Assembly (NCBI RefSeq): GCF_001194135.2
Contig: NC_069009.1
Coordinates: 2,239,759 to 2,286,129, forward strand
DNA length: 46,371 nt
From: Octopus bimaculoides
Taxonomy: Eukaryota
Direction: 5' to 3'
Shown here: positions 13,201-28,335 of the stretch, one piece after another
Position numbering within the stretch: the first letter of the stretch is position 1
How the letters are laid out: every line of letters starts with the position of its first letter
Made by a program: the position numbers and the translations under genes
Notes under the pieces: model-generated
What the model was told of the DNA's origin: nothing
What the model saw: the letters and a program-made list of their open reading frames with translations, nothing else
Database searches by the model: none

Positions 13201-16200
13201 TTGATTCTTTAGAGTTATACTGTCAATACAAGAGAATCAAAAAACTAATCCAACTTACAGAGTCTTTAAACTGTGAAGATCTTCAAAACATCCAACTTCT
13301 AATTCATTGATATCATTATCATACAAATCTCTGTAACAAAAGATATTATACATAAGATATAATACCTAAAGATTTAGGAAAGCAAGGATGATGATGATGG
13401 GTAGATGATAATGAGGATGCTGATGATGATGATGAAGTGATGATGAAGTGATGATGATGATGAATGTGATGATGATGAGGATCGTGATACTATTGATGAT
13501 GATGATGGAAGTAGTGGTGGTATTCATGTAAATTATGTTGATGAGGAACGCTATAGCAATGATGATTTTGATGATAGTGATGGTGGAGAAGTTATGTAGC
13601 TGGAAATATTTTCATTGAAATAAACAAAGTAAATGATTAACAGTTTAAAGGTGAGAGATATTTACATATGAGTAAATATGCTTTAAAAATAGAATTAGAA
13701 GATTGATGTGTGGCATTCAACGTTGATCCAGAGCTAAATGCAGTAAATGCCATACACACATGGAAACAAGTTAAGCTACTATAGAACCACCCATACACAA
13801 AACACAAACATATGTATACACATACATAAAATATGCTGCTTGAACAGTCACACAGTCGTATGTACTTACACACACACATAAGGACTCACAAACAGTCACA
13901 TACACTCACATTGACGGGCATTCAGAAACAATCACATACAGCTCCGTTGGGGGAGTGCGAATGCAGAGAATGACAAGGAGAAAGACTGCTATTTAATGGA
14001 ATGGTAATTAGATATTATAAATGTGACTACAATGAAATACTATGACGAATGATCTAAATTAGAATTCTGTCAAACCAGAAAATTTCTGGACAATTCCTGC
14101 TTCAATTTTCTTGTTAGCATTGTTATACAAAGTCCTGAAAGACAAGAATGTAAGCTGAGAAAAATATGTATTGAGTCACCCCGCAGATAATGCTTTTTTT
14201 ATACTTCTTTCATTTTCAANNNNNNNNNNNNNNNNNNNNNNNNNNNNNNNNNNNNNNNNNNNNNNNNNNNNNNNNNNNNNNNNNNNNNNNNNNNNNNNNN
14301 NNNNNNNNNNNNNNNNNNNNNNNNNNNNNNNNNNNNNNNNNNNNNNNNNNNNNNNNNNNNNNNNNNNNNNNNNNNNNNNNNNNNNNNNNNNNNNNNNNNN
14401 NNNNNNNNNNNNNNNNNNNNNNNNNNNNNNNNNNNNNNNNNNNNNNNNNNNNNNNNNNNNNNNNNNNNNNNNNNNNNNNNNNNNNNNNNNNNNNNNNNNN
14501 NNNNNNNNNNNNNNNNNNNNNNNNNNNNNNNNNNNNNNNNNNNNNNNNNNNNNNNNNNNNNNNNNNNNNNNNNNNNNNNNNNNNNNNNNNNNNNNNNNNN
14601 NNNNNNNNNNNNNNNNNNNNNNNNNNNNNNNNNNNNNNNNNNNNTGGGTGGAATGTAGGCAGTGATTAGTATGATGATGTGGCAGAGGAGAAGAAACTTT
14701 TGTGGAAGTGTTGATGATGATGAAATAATGCTGATGTTATTATTTCCGATCATTGTGAAAATGATGATGATTCGTAGTTTTTGATGTGATGATGAATATG
14801 ATATTGATTATGATGTTGGTGGTGATGTTTCAATAGTCTTATTTTCATCACATGCTTTCACTGCACTCTCGAGTGCAGCTCTGTGTGCTTTGAGTGTGTG
14901 CTCATATTCTTACTTTATTGAGTAGGGTGTTTGTGATTACTAGTAGTATTGTTTTCTGTATTTTATATATATTTGTAAGTCCTGGTGATTTTGTCATGTA
15001 TTTTTCATCACGCGCCTACTATAATAGGAAATATTCTGTTTTTAGATACCACCTCTGGGTTACTTCTATTTGCCTTTGTATTTTGAGAAATTCTCCATTT
15101 TTTATAGAGAAACTTTCTTATTTTCTGGTATTCATACATGGATCAGAAAATATTTTCTTCCTTTATCTCTGACAAATACATCCGACCTATTGGCATTCAT
15201 TTCTCTATCTGTGTGCATTGGAATATCCCATAGTATGGTTGCATTCTCATTTTCTGTGTACTTTTCTAGCGTGTATATATACTATCTTTTTCCTGTTTCT
15301 ATTCCATTGTGTTGGCATAGCTTCTAGTGTGTATAGATGCCCAAATTTTTCGTGTCTGTGAATATATCCCTTCTTAGAGAGGAGGGTCAGCCAGAGATTA
15401 TATACTTTATTGATACATGTGCATCTTCACACAGTTTCTTGTGATTCTTTTCCTCGTATGTTTTTGGTATTTTCTGGTGGAGAAGCTTTGGTCTTGTGCT
15501 GTAATTTGAAAATCCTTGAGCCTCTGATTTTATTCCTGTGTTTCTCAGCCATTGTTGGGATTTTGCTTTTACTATTTCTTTTGCGTTTAGTTTAATCTAG
15601 TATTTGCCATGAGAGGGCTTTCTTGCCATCGTATTATCATGGCTGTTGCTGCTACAGATTTAGTTTCGATCGCTTGCGGATAGGGAAATCGGTCAGTGGA
15701 GTGTAAACACTTCAATTCCATAGGGGGTTATTGGTGGAAAAAGTACGATGGTGCACTCAGAGAGGCTCTGGACGTGAGCGAATTCGAACTGAACAGTCTG
15801 TTCCAGAGCAAGTTTCAGCCGGGGACGATGGATAACTTCCAGAAATTCTTATCGCAGTCATTGTTTTTGTTGTAGTATAGGAAGAAGGATGAGGATGTGG
15901 TGGTGGAAGGGGAGGGGAGAAAAGATGTTCAACGGAAAAGAATACATTAGACAAAGGGATCTTTCTTGTTTAGGAGTAATTGAAGAAGAAATAGAAAAGT
16001 GTAAAAGAAATTTATGAGTGGGAAGGTGTAGGAAAATTTAAATGTGCATAATGTAAGTAAAGGAAAGTATGGAAAGACATTGATTCTTTAGAGTTATACT
16101 GTCAATACAAGAGAATCAAAAAACTAATCCAACTTACAGAGTCTTTAAACTGTGAAGATCTTCAAAACATCTAACTTCTAATTCATTGATATCATTATCA

Positions 16201-18575
16201 TACAAATCTCTGTAACAAAAGATATTATACATAAGATATAATACCTAAAGATTTAGGAAAGCAAGGATGATGATGATGGGTAGATGATGGGTAGATGCAA
16301 AAATATACATCTACAAGTGTTTTTCAAGGATGTTATTTAGCTTCGATCTTCAGTTAAACACCGTATGTAATATACATACACTCACAACCATTCATCCATA
16401 CAGAGAGACCTTCACATGCATGCACTAAATTTTTCCCCTCAAGTATCACGCTCCCATATATCTCACATCTCAGAAATGGGCCCACACTCACATGCATATA
16501 CATTCACTAAATATAAATTGCATCTATACAAAGATATTACAGGTTTACAAAGATATCGTCAAAGAAATGTTATAAATGTTGGTAGATTCAACTTACAGAG
16601 TTGTTAAACTGGAAAGATTTCCGAAGGTGTTTGCTTTGATTTTCATAATATTATTACCGTTCAATTTCCTGAAATATAACATTGAGTTAAGAACATTTAT
16701 GGATTACATTTGTGACTAGAAAATTTGAGAATGGAAGACATTGAATGCAGATAACCATCACGTTGAAATTCAGAAGCTCACAAACCATAGAATTTATTGA
16801 AACGGATGTATAGAAAGACGGTTGTGGGATCTTAAATTGACGTACGGGGTGACAGTAGAGAATTAGAAGGATATCCTCAATGAAATACTATCAAATAAGA
16901 TTGATTCAACTTACAGAGTTGTTAAACTGGATAGATTTTTGAAGATTTCTGCATTGATTTCCTTGATTTCGTTATTACCCAATTTCCTGGAACATAAAAT
17001 TGAGTTAAGAACATCTATGGAACAAATGTGTGAGAGAATATTTAATATTATGTCTACAGAACTAGATAACTGGAGAGATAGAGTGTAGATTACCATCATA
17101 ATGAACTTCCCTAGAATAAGACGTAATTGCTGTCAGTGAGACCAGGTTTTCCTACATGTGCGCAGTCACCCCAATTCTCGACGACAATCAGATATTTGCG
17201 TCTGTCAGTCGACTGCGTATGTGGGATGTGGACTTTACTTTTTGTGGAGCAATACAACGGCGTCTTCGACGCTGGCTGGAATTACGTTGGAATAGCGAAT
17301 AGTTGCAGGGTGGGGTTGCAAAATCTCTCACAGATGGCGGCAAGATTTCTCTAATGAACCAGTGTGGACATGGACCACTCGAATAGGCTCATCTATATCG
17401 TATATTAACAATTTTTTACTAAGAAAATAGACAGTAATAGTGTAGCATGTCCACATTTCAGAACGGCCACCTATCCCGTTCTCAAATTTGTACGATCATC
17501 TTAGATAAGATACGTAGGTTATGACCTACTGGAAATGGAATATGTCATTTGCGGCACTTAAAGTGTATAGAGACCGGGCCAACAATATTGTTAAGCAAAA
17601 TATGACAGAGGGGATCGTCAACAACATGTCATTTGGGGCGTTCAAAAGTGAGATTAGAACAATATTGATAGGTTTTAGTGAAGAAGTAGCATTATATATA
17701 AATAGGAAGCAAGAGCTAGTAGCTATATTAGAGGAGGCTATCTGTGGTGGCATTGCAACCGATGAGCTAGCGGCGAGACTGGATTTAGACAAATTCTTCA
17801 ATGCAAAACATGAAGGTTGCATTGTCAAAGCTAAGGCGTGTGCTCTGAGAAACCAGGACAATATCTGTTTCTGAGTCCACGTGGTAGATGTGGAGATATA
17901 TCGAACAGTTGTCACGTGTAGGTTGGATCTGGCTATCGGCCGATTCCATAGTGAAGATCAACACGCCGCCTGCTTTGGCAAGGAAGCGCAGGCAATTTTC
18001 CCCTGTCTGGTAAGAGTAGCGAAAGAGTTTGTGCGTTGGACCAGGTTGCAAGGGATGAACAGAGACTTTTCTTTTCCACCAACCCTCATCAACTTCTACA
18101 GATTTCTATTGGAAAGAAGACGAAGCTGGAGAAAGAAGTGATGATCCCTGTACACTTTCAGAAATTAGTGTGAATGTTTCAAAAATGACCCGTGTGAGTG
18201 GACCTACTCTCATAATGCGTCTATAGGATGGTGAATTTGAGAAGAGGAGTACCCTTCCAGAGTACCAACGATGCATCTGTGGTTCAGGGTTAGGGGGTAC
18301 CTGAACCAACACTGGGTGGTCATCACCCCTATTTGGGGAAATTTCATTGTAATATTTTGTGCCATGTTTTTGCTTCTAGTAATTGTTTACATGTTGTCTT
18401 GTGAAAAATCACAACTGTCCCCATCTACCATATTGCCCCTATACGTTGGTACAAGTGGCCAGTAAATGAAATTCATCTTCTTCTTTTTATTATTATCATC
18501 ATCATCATTATTATTATTATTGTTATTATTATTTTTATCATCATCATCATCATTATTATTATTAATTTTATTTGC

Positions 18576-18618
<43 letters not shown>

Positions 18619-21600
18619 TCTTTTGCTGCTGTTGCAGTTGTTGCTGTCGATGTTTTTCTTGTGGTAGAGGAACAGACGGGAGGATATGTTGGTGGAAAAG
18701 GAGGGATTTGGAAAGAGAGGCAAAAGAAATGTTCAGAAGGAGAGAAGAAGTTCATGCAGACGCATCTTTTGTGTTTAGGAGTAAATAATAAAGAAATAGA
18801 AAAGTGTAAAATAAATTACTTTGAGTCGGAAAGTGTAGAACACTTTTAAACGATATATGATTAGAACGGAGATCCATTAATGGTAATCAGCATTGATCGA
18901 GAAGTAAACATAATAAATAATATACAAAAGGAGGTACAAATCAAAGCGATACACTCATGTACATTCACGCAGACTGAAAGACACAGACTGACATATGCAC
19001 ATACATACGCAAAATAATATACGTCATCAGAAACTCATATATAAACAGACACTGATATTCACACACAATGACACAGACACGCGTATACACACAAACACAC
19101 ACACTCACACATACTCCTTCTCAGACATTCACAAAGAATTGCATATTCCTGTGGAAAGCGACTGGGGGTATATGGTGCGTCAAGTAGAAGGAGATAAAAC
19201 GGAGAGCATGGAAAGACATTATATGTTTAGAATTATATTATCAATAAAAGAGAATCAAAAACTAATGCCACTTACAGAGTCGTTAAACTTGGAAGAATTT
19301 GAAAAGATCCAACTTCTAATTCATTGATATTATTTTCATACAACTCTCTGTAACAAAAAATAGGGAACAGTGAAAAAAATGTATATAAGTTCGTAATGAA
19401 ATATAAAATATAATACATAAAGTTTTAGGAAACTTGACGCTGATGATGACGGGGTGGTCGTGGTGGGGATGCTAATGATGATAATGACGATAAAGATGAC
19501 GATGAATGTGAGGATGTTCATGATGATGATGGTGATGGTGATGTTCGTGGTGTTCATGAGAATAATGTTGATGAGGAAAGTTATGGCAATGATGATTTTG
19601 AAGATGATGATTTTGAAATTAGACACTGATGATGACGGTATAGATAATGATGATGATGATGATGATGAATGAGGAGGTGGTGGTTGTGGTGGTGGTGATG
19701 GATACGATGATAATTCAGAGGACATGAATAATGCTGTTAGTGTTGAGAATGATGTTGATACTGGTGGTGGATGTGGTGGTGATGTTAATGATCATTACGA
19801 TGATGAGGAAAATGATGATGAATATGATGATGTTCATGGTGATGGTGATGATGTCAGTGGTGGTGTTGGTGTTGTCTACGAGAATGATGTTGATGAGGAA
19901 AGTTAAGACAATGATGATTTTGATGATGGTGATGGTAAAGAAATATTTTCAGAGAAATAAAGAAAGTAAATAGTTAAGAGCTGGAAGATTAGAAATATTT
20001 ATATATGAATAAAGTTGCATTAAAAATACAATTACAAGATTGATGCGCGGCATTCAACTTTGATCCAGAGCTAAACGCAGTAAATGTTATACAGGCATGA
20101 ATACATGTTGATACACTAGTATTGAACCACACATACACAAAGCATAAATATATTTATACACATGCATAAAATGTGCTGCTTCAAAAATCATTTTAGTTGT
20201 ATATAACCGAGAATGGGAGAAGAAAAGGAACAATAGGAATGAGGAAAAAAGTAAAGACAATAAAGCGAATGAACAATATGTGAAGTATACGATGTATAAT
20301 ATGATGAAGAAGAATGTGAAAAAAGAAAGACGAAGAAGACAAGAAATAGAAGGAAAAGGTACAAAAGAAAAGTAAAAAGAAATGTAAAAGGGAAAAGAAG
20401 AAATGGAGATTAAATGTAGAAGTAAAAGGATGTGAAAAAAGGAAGACGAGGAAAAAGATGAAGAAGGAGAAGAAGAAGAAGAAGAAGAAGAAAAAGAAGT
20501 AGAAGAAAAAGAAAAAGAAAAGAAGAAGAAGAAGAAAGTAGATAAGAAATAGCTGGAGAAGCGGAAGATCTCGAATTACAGTAAGGAAAATAAGCAGAAA
20601 AATTATGTAGAAGGGGATGAATGTGACAAAATATAAATTGCGTCTTTACAAAGACATTACAGATTTTGAAAGATATCGTCAAAGAAATACTATAAACGTA
20701 GGATCACTCAACTTACAGAGTTGTTAAACTGGAAAGATTTCGGAAGGTTTCTGCTTTGATTTTCATAATTGCATTACTGTACAACTTCCTGGAAAATAAC
20801 ATTGAGTTAAGAACATTTGTTGAACAAATTTGTGTCTGAAGAATTGGATGATGGAAGAGATAAAAAGTAGATTAACATGATGATGAACTTCAGGATGATA
20901 TTGTAGATAACGTTGGATTGGATGTGGTCAGTGATGTGTATCATGATGTGACAGAGGAGAAGAAATAATTGTGGAATATATATGATGATGTTGATGATGG
21001 GGTGCTGCTAATTTTGATCATTGTAAAAATGATGAGGATTCGCAGCTTTTGTGGTGAGGAAGAACATGATATTGTTGATGATGTTCGTAGTGATGGTTTC
21101 TGTTGGCGATGGTTATCGAATATTCATGTAAGAACACTGAGAACCTGTTGATAGGTTTCTAGTGACTATTTCTGCTCCAGAAAGGTCTTTATTTGTTTAT
21201 TCGATTATCTGTTGCATTCAGTAAACATCTCATCAATAATACCAGCAGAAGTTGCTGTGATAGTAAATAGTCGGCGTTGACACAACCAACAATAGGAGAG
21301 ATAGAGAAGATATTGAAGGCATGAGTGGTAGCGTTGATGGTAGTATCAAACCAACTGTCTACAACACCACCACCAAAGTATAAAAGCAACAGCAGCGATA
21401 GAACCAACGGTAACGACATCGGTAAAGCCAACACAAACGAGAACTACAACTACGGACAGCAACAAGTACATATTAGCAGCAGAAGCAGCGAAGACGAGGC
21501 GACGCTACATAATAGACTCCACAGAGTGGAAAAGGTTGCTCAAACCTCGAATCTCATTCATCATGAGCACGCTTGGGCTACCTTACCCATAACAAAACAG

Positions 21601-22407
21601 GCAACGGAAGCATTGAAGATGAAAAACGATCGTTTCAGATGCATCTCAACAGACACAAAGAAACCAGTGATAATTGCAAAAACAGATATCGAAGCTGCAC
21701 TGAGGGATTATACCGAATACATAGCTGTGATTTGAAGGCAGAAGTCCTCGCAAAAGAAGCATGGTCATTATCCCATATAAGAAAAAGGATAGCACGGGTT
21801 CAATTCCCAGGATTCCACCAAGACCTGATATGTGGTGGCTTCTCGGATGCATAATCGAGTAAAGATCAGATACCGTTCCGATAGAGGTGACAAAAGAGTC
21901 AGGGAGTTGTGATCCGGAGTGGATCTGGAGATATTTCTCCAGATCAGGCCCCAAAACCTGAAAAGAAACACGGACCGCCTTCTCTCTAACATAGGATTGT
22001 ATTGCATATAATTACTGAGGGAAACAGGCCGCATTGTTCCGTTTGTGGAAAAACTAGACAGACATAAAAACAGACATTGATATTCACGCACACACTCCTC
22101 AGACATTCACAAATAAATGCATATTCCTGTGGAAAGCGACTGAGTGCATATATTGTGTCAAGGAAAGTGACGGGAAAAAGAAAGCATGGAAAGATATTAA
22201 ATGTTTAGAATTATATTATCAATAAAAGAGAATCAAAAAAGTAATGCAACTTACAGATTCCTTAAACTGGGAAGATCTTGAAAAGATCCAACTTCTAATT
22301 CACTGATATCGTTATTGTACAACTCTCTGTAGCAAAAAAAAATTCAGCGGTGAAAAATGTACAGATGTTCGTAGTGTAATGAAACATAGAAGTAACAGTA
22401 AAAGAGA

Positions 22408-22460
<53 letters not shown>

Positions 22461-25400
22461 CATAGAGGGGAAAAGAAAAAGAGGCAGAACAAGAATATGA
22501 ATAAATAGATGGAGGAGAGGTAGAAGGGGAACGAAAAGAAGAGGAAATAAAAAGAAGCAGGAGATGGAAGTGAAGAAGACAAAGACGAAGACGAAGAAGA
22601 AGAAGAGAAAGAATAGCATCCTCAAAACCAATAACATCAACGACGACTAGAAATACATCTAGAACCGTATGAATCACCTGGTGCAAAAATACACATTTAC
22701 AAAGGTTATTCAAGGATGTTATTTAGCTTCGATCTTCAGTTAAACACCGTATGTAATATACATACACTCACAACCATTCATACATACAAATAGACATACA
22801 CATGCATGCAGTAAACGTTTCCCCTCAAGTAACACGCTCCCATATATCTCACATCTCAGAAATGGGCCCACACTCACATGCATATACATTCACTAAATAT
22901 AAATTGCATCTATACCAAGACATTACAGATATACAAAGATATCGCCAAAGAAATATTATAAACGTAGGTTGATTCAACTTACAGAGTTGTTAAACTGGAA
23001 AGATTTCCGAAGGTGTTTGCTTTGATTTTCATAATATTATTAGAGGACAATTCCCTGAAATATAACATTGAGATAAGAACATTTATGGATTACATTTGTG
23101 ACTAAAGAATTGGAGAATGGAAGACATTGAATGCAGATAACCATCACGTTGAAATTCAGAAGCTCACAAACGATAAAATTTATTGAAACGGATGTATAGA
23201 AAGACGGTTGTGGGATCTTAATTAATGTAAGGGATGACAGTAGAGAATTAGAAGGATATCCTCAATGAAATACTATCAAATAAGATTGATTCAACTTACA
23301 GAGTTGTTAAACTGGAAAGATTTTTGAAGGTTCCTGCTTGGATTTCCTTGATTTCGTTATTACCCAATTTCCTGGAACATAAAATTGAGTTAAGAACATC
23401 TATGGAACAAATGTGTGAGAGAATATTTGATATTATGTCTACAGAACTAGATGACTGGAGAGATGTAATGTAGATTATCATCATTATGAACTTCATGATG
23501 AGGTTCTAGATCATGTTGGGTACTGGGTGCAGTGATGAGTCTGATGAGGTGGGAGACAAGAAATAATTGTGGGAGTATTGATGATGATGTAGTGGTGCTG
23601 AGGATGGGGTGATGTTGTTAAGTTTGATGTTTATGAAAATGATGGGGATTCGCTGCCTTTGTTGTGATGATGAACACGTTATTGATGATGGCGTTGAAGA
23701 TTGTGTAAGTGTAAAAGAAGACGAAGAAGAAGAAAAAGAAAAGAAGAATGGTGATGGGAGAAGTAGAAGATGAAGAGCAAGTACAAGAAGAAGAACAGGG
23801 TGGAGAAGAAATAGCTGGAGAAACAGACAAACTAGAATTACAGAAAGGAAAATAATCAGAAAAATGATGTAGAAGGAAATAAAGGTGACAAAATATAAAT
23901 TACGTCTTTACAAAGACGTTATAGATTTTTAAAGATACCGTCAAAGATATAATATAAACGTAGGATCACTCAACTTACAGAGTTGTTAAACTGGAAAGAT
24001 TTCGGAAGGTTTCTGCTTTGATATTCTTAATTGCATTTTCGTTGAAATCCCTGGAACATAAGATTGAGTTAAGAACATTTGTTGAACAAATTTGTGTCTG
24101 AAGAATCAGATGATGGAAGAGATGAAGAGTAGAATAATATCATAATGAACTTCACGATGATTTTGCAAATAACGTTGGTTGGAACGGGGGCACTGTGGGA
24201 GAGGAGAAGAAATAATTGTGGGAGTGTTGGTGAAGATGTCATGCTGTTGATGATGGGGTGATGTTAATTTTGATCATTGTGAAAATGATGAGGATTCGCA
24301 GTTTTTGTGTTGATGAAGAAGATGATATTGTTGATGATGTTCCTTTCAGAAGAAGAAGAAGAAGAAGAAGAAGAAGAAGAAGGTGGTGACAAAAGAGTCT
24401 AGGAGGAATGGTCCGGAGTGGATCTGAAGATATTTATTCAGATCAAAGCCCGGAAACGGCAAAAGTTGTAAGGCTGGTGAATTTGAGGAGACTTCCACTC
24501 CTCCCGAGTACCATCGGAACATCGGGTGGTTCAAGATTAAGGGTCAGCTGAAATTTGGGGTGGTTCAGGATTAGGGGTTACAATGAGATTTCACCCCTAT
24601 TGATGAAATACCATTGTAATATTTTTCTTGTCTCATATTTATTATTATTCTTTTCGTAACAGTTCATTCGCTGTTTTATGTAAAATCCCCACTGTCCCCG
24701 TCTACTATATTGTCTCCAATACGTCGGCACTAGTGGCCAATATATGAAATTATTATTATTATTATTAATAATAATAATTTTATTATTGTTATTATTATTA
24801 TTACCATTGCCTTTGCACACCTTCTAAGGCTGGAGATTTAATTTGGTATCAGCTATTCACTACCAGTGAACTAAGGTAACACTTCTTATTTTTCGAGCAA
24901 CTTCCGGAGTATTCCGGCGGTTCCAAGCAGTGCTGTTTTCTGTAAGTGCTCCAACATTATTGCAGCCCCTATTTATTCCACGTACTTCTCGAGATTCTTG
25001 CTCACTGTTCCCAAGGCTAACTACCTCCCCCGACGGTATCGTTAGCCTGTCCTTACACTTGATTTTGCCTCTCTTCAAGACCAACACACCACACTTTCTC
25101 AGTCAGAACATCATTCTGATATCAGCACTGAAAGTATACAGCGTATCAACGAGAGAAATGATTTGGGCTTCATCTATGTCATAAAGTTTGAGGTCATCCA
25201 TGAATAACAAATGGATGACTTTTTGTTGCCGGCTTTTGAATACATACCCAGCTTTTGCGTTCCTCAGAATCAGTGTTAGTGGTATCAAGCACAATAAAAA
25301 GATCAGTGGGGACAGGCAGTCCCCTTGGAAGACGCACCTCCTAATTTCTACTGTCCCTAAACCTCTTCCGTATACTGCGAGGTCCGTTCTCCAATTCGCC

Positions 25401-28277
25401 ATCCTTTTCCCAAGCAATCGCTCAACATTCGATGCAATACCGAATAGGTTCTTAATCCAAGAATGTGGAATCATATCGTACGCCTTACGGTAGTCGATCC
25501 ATAACATAGCTAAGTTACTTTTCTTCCTATTGCAGTCTCAAAGTACCGTTTTGTCTATCAAGAGTTGATCCTTGGTACGTCTGCACTTACGCTTGCAACA
25601 CTTCTGCTCGTGTGGCAGGACTCCAATTTTTTCCAGATGTTCGTACATTGAGTGGTCCAGACAATAACTTCCACATAAGTGGCAAACAGGCTATCGGCCT
25701 TTAATTGTCTACCGTATTGCCTTTTTCGATGTTTTTCAGGTACAGCACTGTCCTACCCAATGTCAAACCCTCTGGTGTTGCTTGGTCAGCATTTAACAAG
25801 GTGTTGAGCTGCACAGCTATTCGTGCATGACATTCACCAAATCTTTTGATCCAGTAGCCCTGAACTCCATCTGGTCCCGGTGACTTCCAAATGCNNNNNN
25901 NNNNAATCTTTTGATCCAGTAGCCCTGAACTCCATCTGGTCCCGGTGACTTCCAAATGCTCATTTGTTTTTGTTTTTTTTTTTTGCTGATATCCTTCACT
26001 TCTCTAACTGAAATAACTAGCTCTGCCTGTTTTGGACAGACTACTGTTTGTTTTGGTTCTTGCAACCATTCAACATCCTTCTTGTGCTCCTTGTCTTTGC
26101 TCCAGATGTCACTCCAAAACCTTTGACTTTCATTGTTATCTGGTATCAACTTTTCATCTGTACACTCTCCATTTATTTCTTTATAGAAATAAATGTTTCG
26201 CACATGTTTCAGTAAGACAACATGTATAGGAGAAACTGTGCTTTCTATGGCAGTAACATTTCGTTTTCGGGATTATTTTCGTTAGACCGCTTGCTTCAAT
26301 CTACCACAGGTTCCATTTCCCATTCCATTATTATTATTATCATTATTATTATTATTATTATTATTAGAAGGGGTAGTAGCAGTTGTAGTAGCAATATTTC
26401 TTGCTGCCATTGCAGTTACCGCAGTCATTGTTTTTGTTGTAGGAGGAGGGTATAGTGGTGGAAGGGGAGGGAAGAAAGAGGAGGAGGAGAAGAAGAAATG
26501 TTCAACGGAAAAGAAATTTTGGCAGACAGAAAGCAACTGAGTGTATATGGTGCGTCAAGGAGGTAGAGAGAAAAAAGAAAGCATGGAAAAGCATGAAATG
26601 TTTAGAATTATATTGTCAATAAAAGAGAATCAAAAAGCTAATCTAACTTACAGAGTCTTTAAACTGGGAAGATTTTGAAAAGATCCAACTTCTATTTCAT
26701 TGATATTGTTATCATAGAACTCTCTGTAACAAAAAAAAAAAGTGAGCCGTGTAAAACTGTACAGAGGTTCGTAATGAAATATAAAATATAATGCCTAAAA
26801 ATTGAGGAATGTGACGTTGATAATGATGGCGTAGATGCTGATGAAGATGATGATCAAGATGGTCATTGTTGTGGCTGTGATGCTTGTGTTTATGAGGGTG
26901 TTGATGGATATGATGACGAGGATGATGGTGTTCGTGTTGAAGATGAGGCTGATGCTGGTGGTAGTGGTAGTGGTGGTGGTGGTGATGGTGGTGGNNNNNN
27001 NNNNGTGATGATGATGATGACGGTGTTCGTGTTGAAGATGAGGCTGATGCTGGTGGTAGTGGTGGTGGTGGTGGTGGTGGTGATGGTGGTGATGATGATG
27101 ATGATGACGGTGTTCGTGTTGAAGATGAGGCTGATGCTGGTGGTAGTGGTGGTAGTGGTGGTGGTGGTGGTGGTGATGATGATGACGAGGATGATGGTGT
27201 TCGTGTTGAAGATGAGGCTGATGCTGGTGGTAGTGGTAGTGGTGGTGGTGGTGATGGTGGTGGTGATGATGATGATGATGATGATGATGACGGTGTTCGT
27301 GTTGAAGATGAGGCTGATGCTGGTGGTAGTGGTAGTGGTGGTGGTGGTGGTGATGATGGTGGTGATGGTGACGGTATAGATGATGATGAAGAAGAAGAAG
27401 AAGAAGAAAAGTTGGCCCTCGTAAAGAAAAGAGGAATAGAAGATAAATTTTGAAAATGTTGAAAATTTGAAGTAGATTTTAAAAGTAATCGTATGAGTCA
27501 CCTGGTGTAAACATATACATCTTCGAGGGTTATTGAAAGATATTATTTAGATTCAATCTTCACTTAAATACCGTATGTAATATACATAATACACTCACAG
27601 CCATTCATCCATACACAGAGACATATACATGCATGCACTAAATGCTTCCCTTCATGTAACACACTCTCACATATCTCACATCTCAGAAAAGGGCCCACAC
27701 TCACATTCACATACAGTCACAAAGTATAAAGTGCATCTATACGAAGGCATTACAGATATAGAAAGATATCGTCAAAGAAAGGATATCAACGTAGGTTGAT
27801 TAAAACTTACAGAGTTGTTAAATTGGAAAGATTTCGGAAGGTTCCTGATTGGATTTTCATAATAAAATTACCGGCAAATTTCCTGAAAAATAACATCGAA
27901 TTAAGAATATGATTGATCAAATGTGTGACTAAAGAATTGAATGCTAGAAGAGATGGAATGTAGAGTACCATCATGATGAATTTCATGATGAGGCTGTAGA
28001 TAATTTTGGGCGGTGGGGTTTTGATGATCAGGATGATGTGACAGAGGAGAAGAATTAACTGTGGGTGTACTGCTGATGAGGTAGTGATGCTGATTACAGG
28101 GTGATGTTAATTTTGAACATTCTGGAAACGTTGGGGATTCGCTGTCTTTGTGGTGATGATGAATATCATATTAATGATGATGATGATGGCGTTGAAGATG
28201 GTGTGTTTAAAAGAAGACGAAGAAGAAAAGCAATAGAATTAGAGGCAGAAGAAGACAACGAAGTAGAAGGAAAGAAG

Positions 28278-28335
<58 letters not shown>

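Noticed and set aside
16911-17099. ORFs extending upstream of KLGNNEI exons (also 23296-23496 and 35149-35337) with a Cys-containing leader resembling a cap ([16 protein letters not shown])
   Set aside because: The leader is the conserved acceptor arm that happens to be stop-free. The canonical ttatgttccag acceptor gives the 72-nt exon, and the upstream ctccag would be in phase 0, out of frame with the phase-2 donors.
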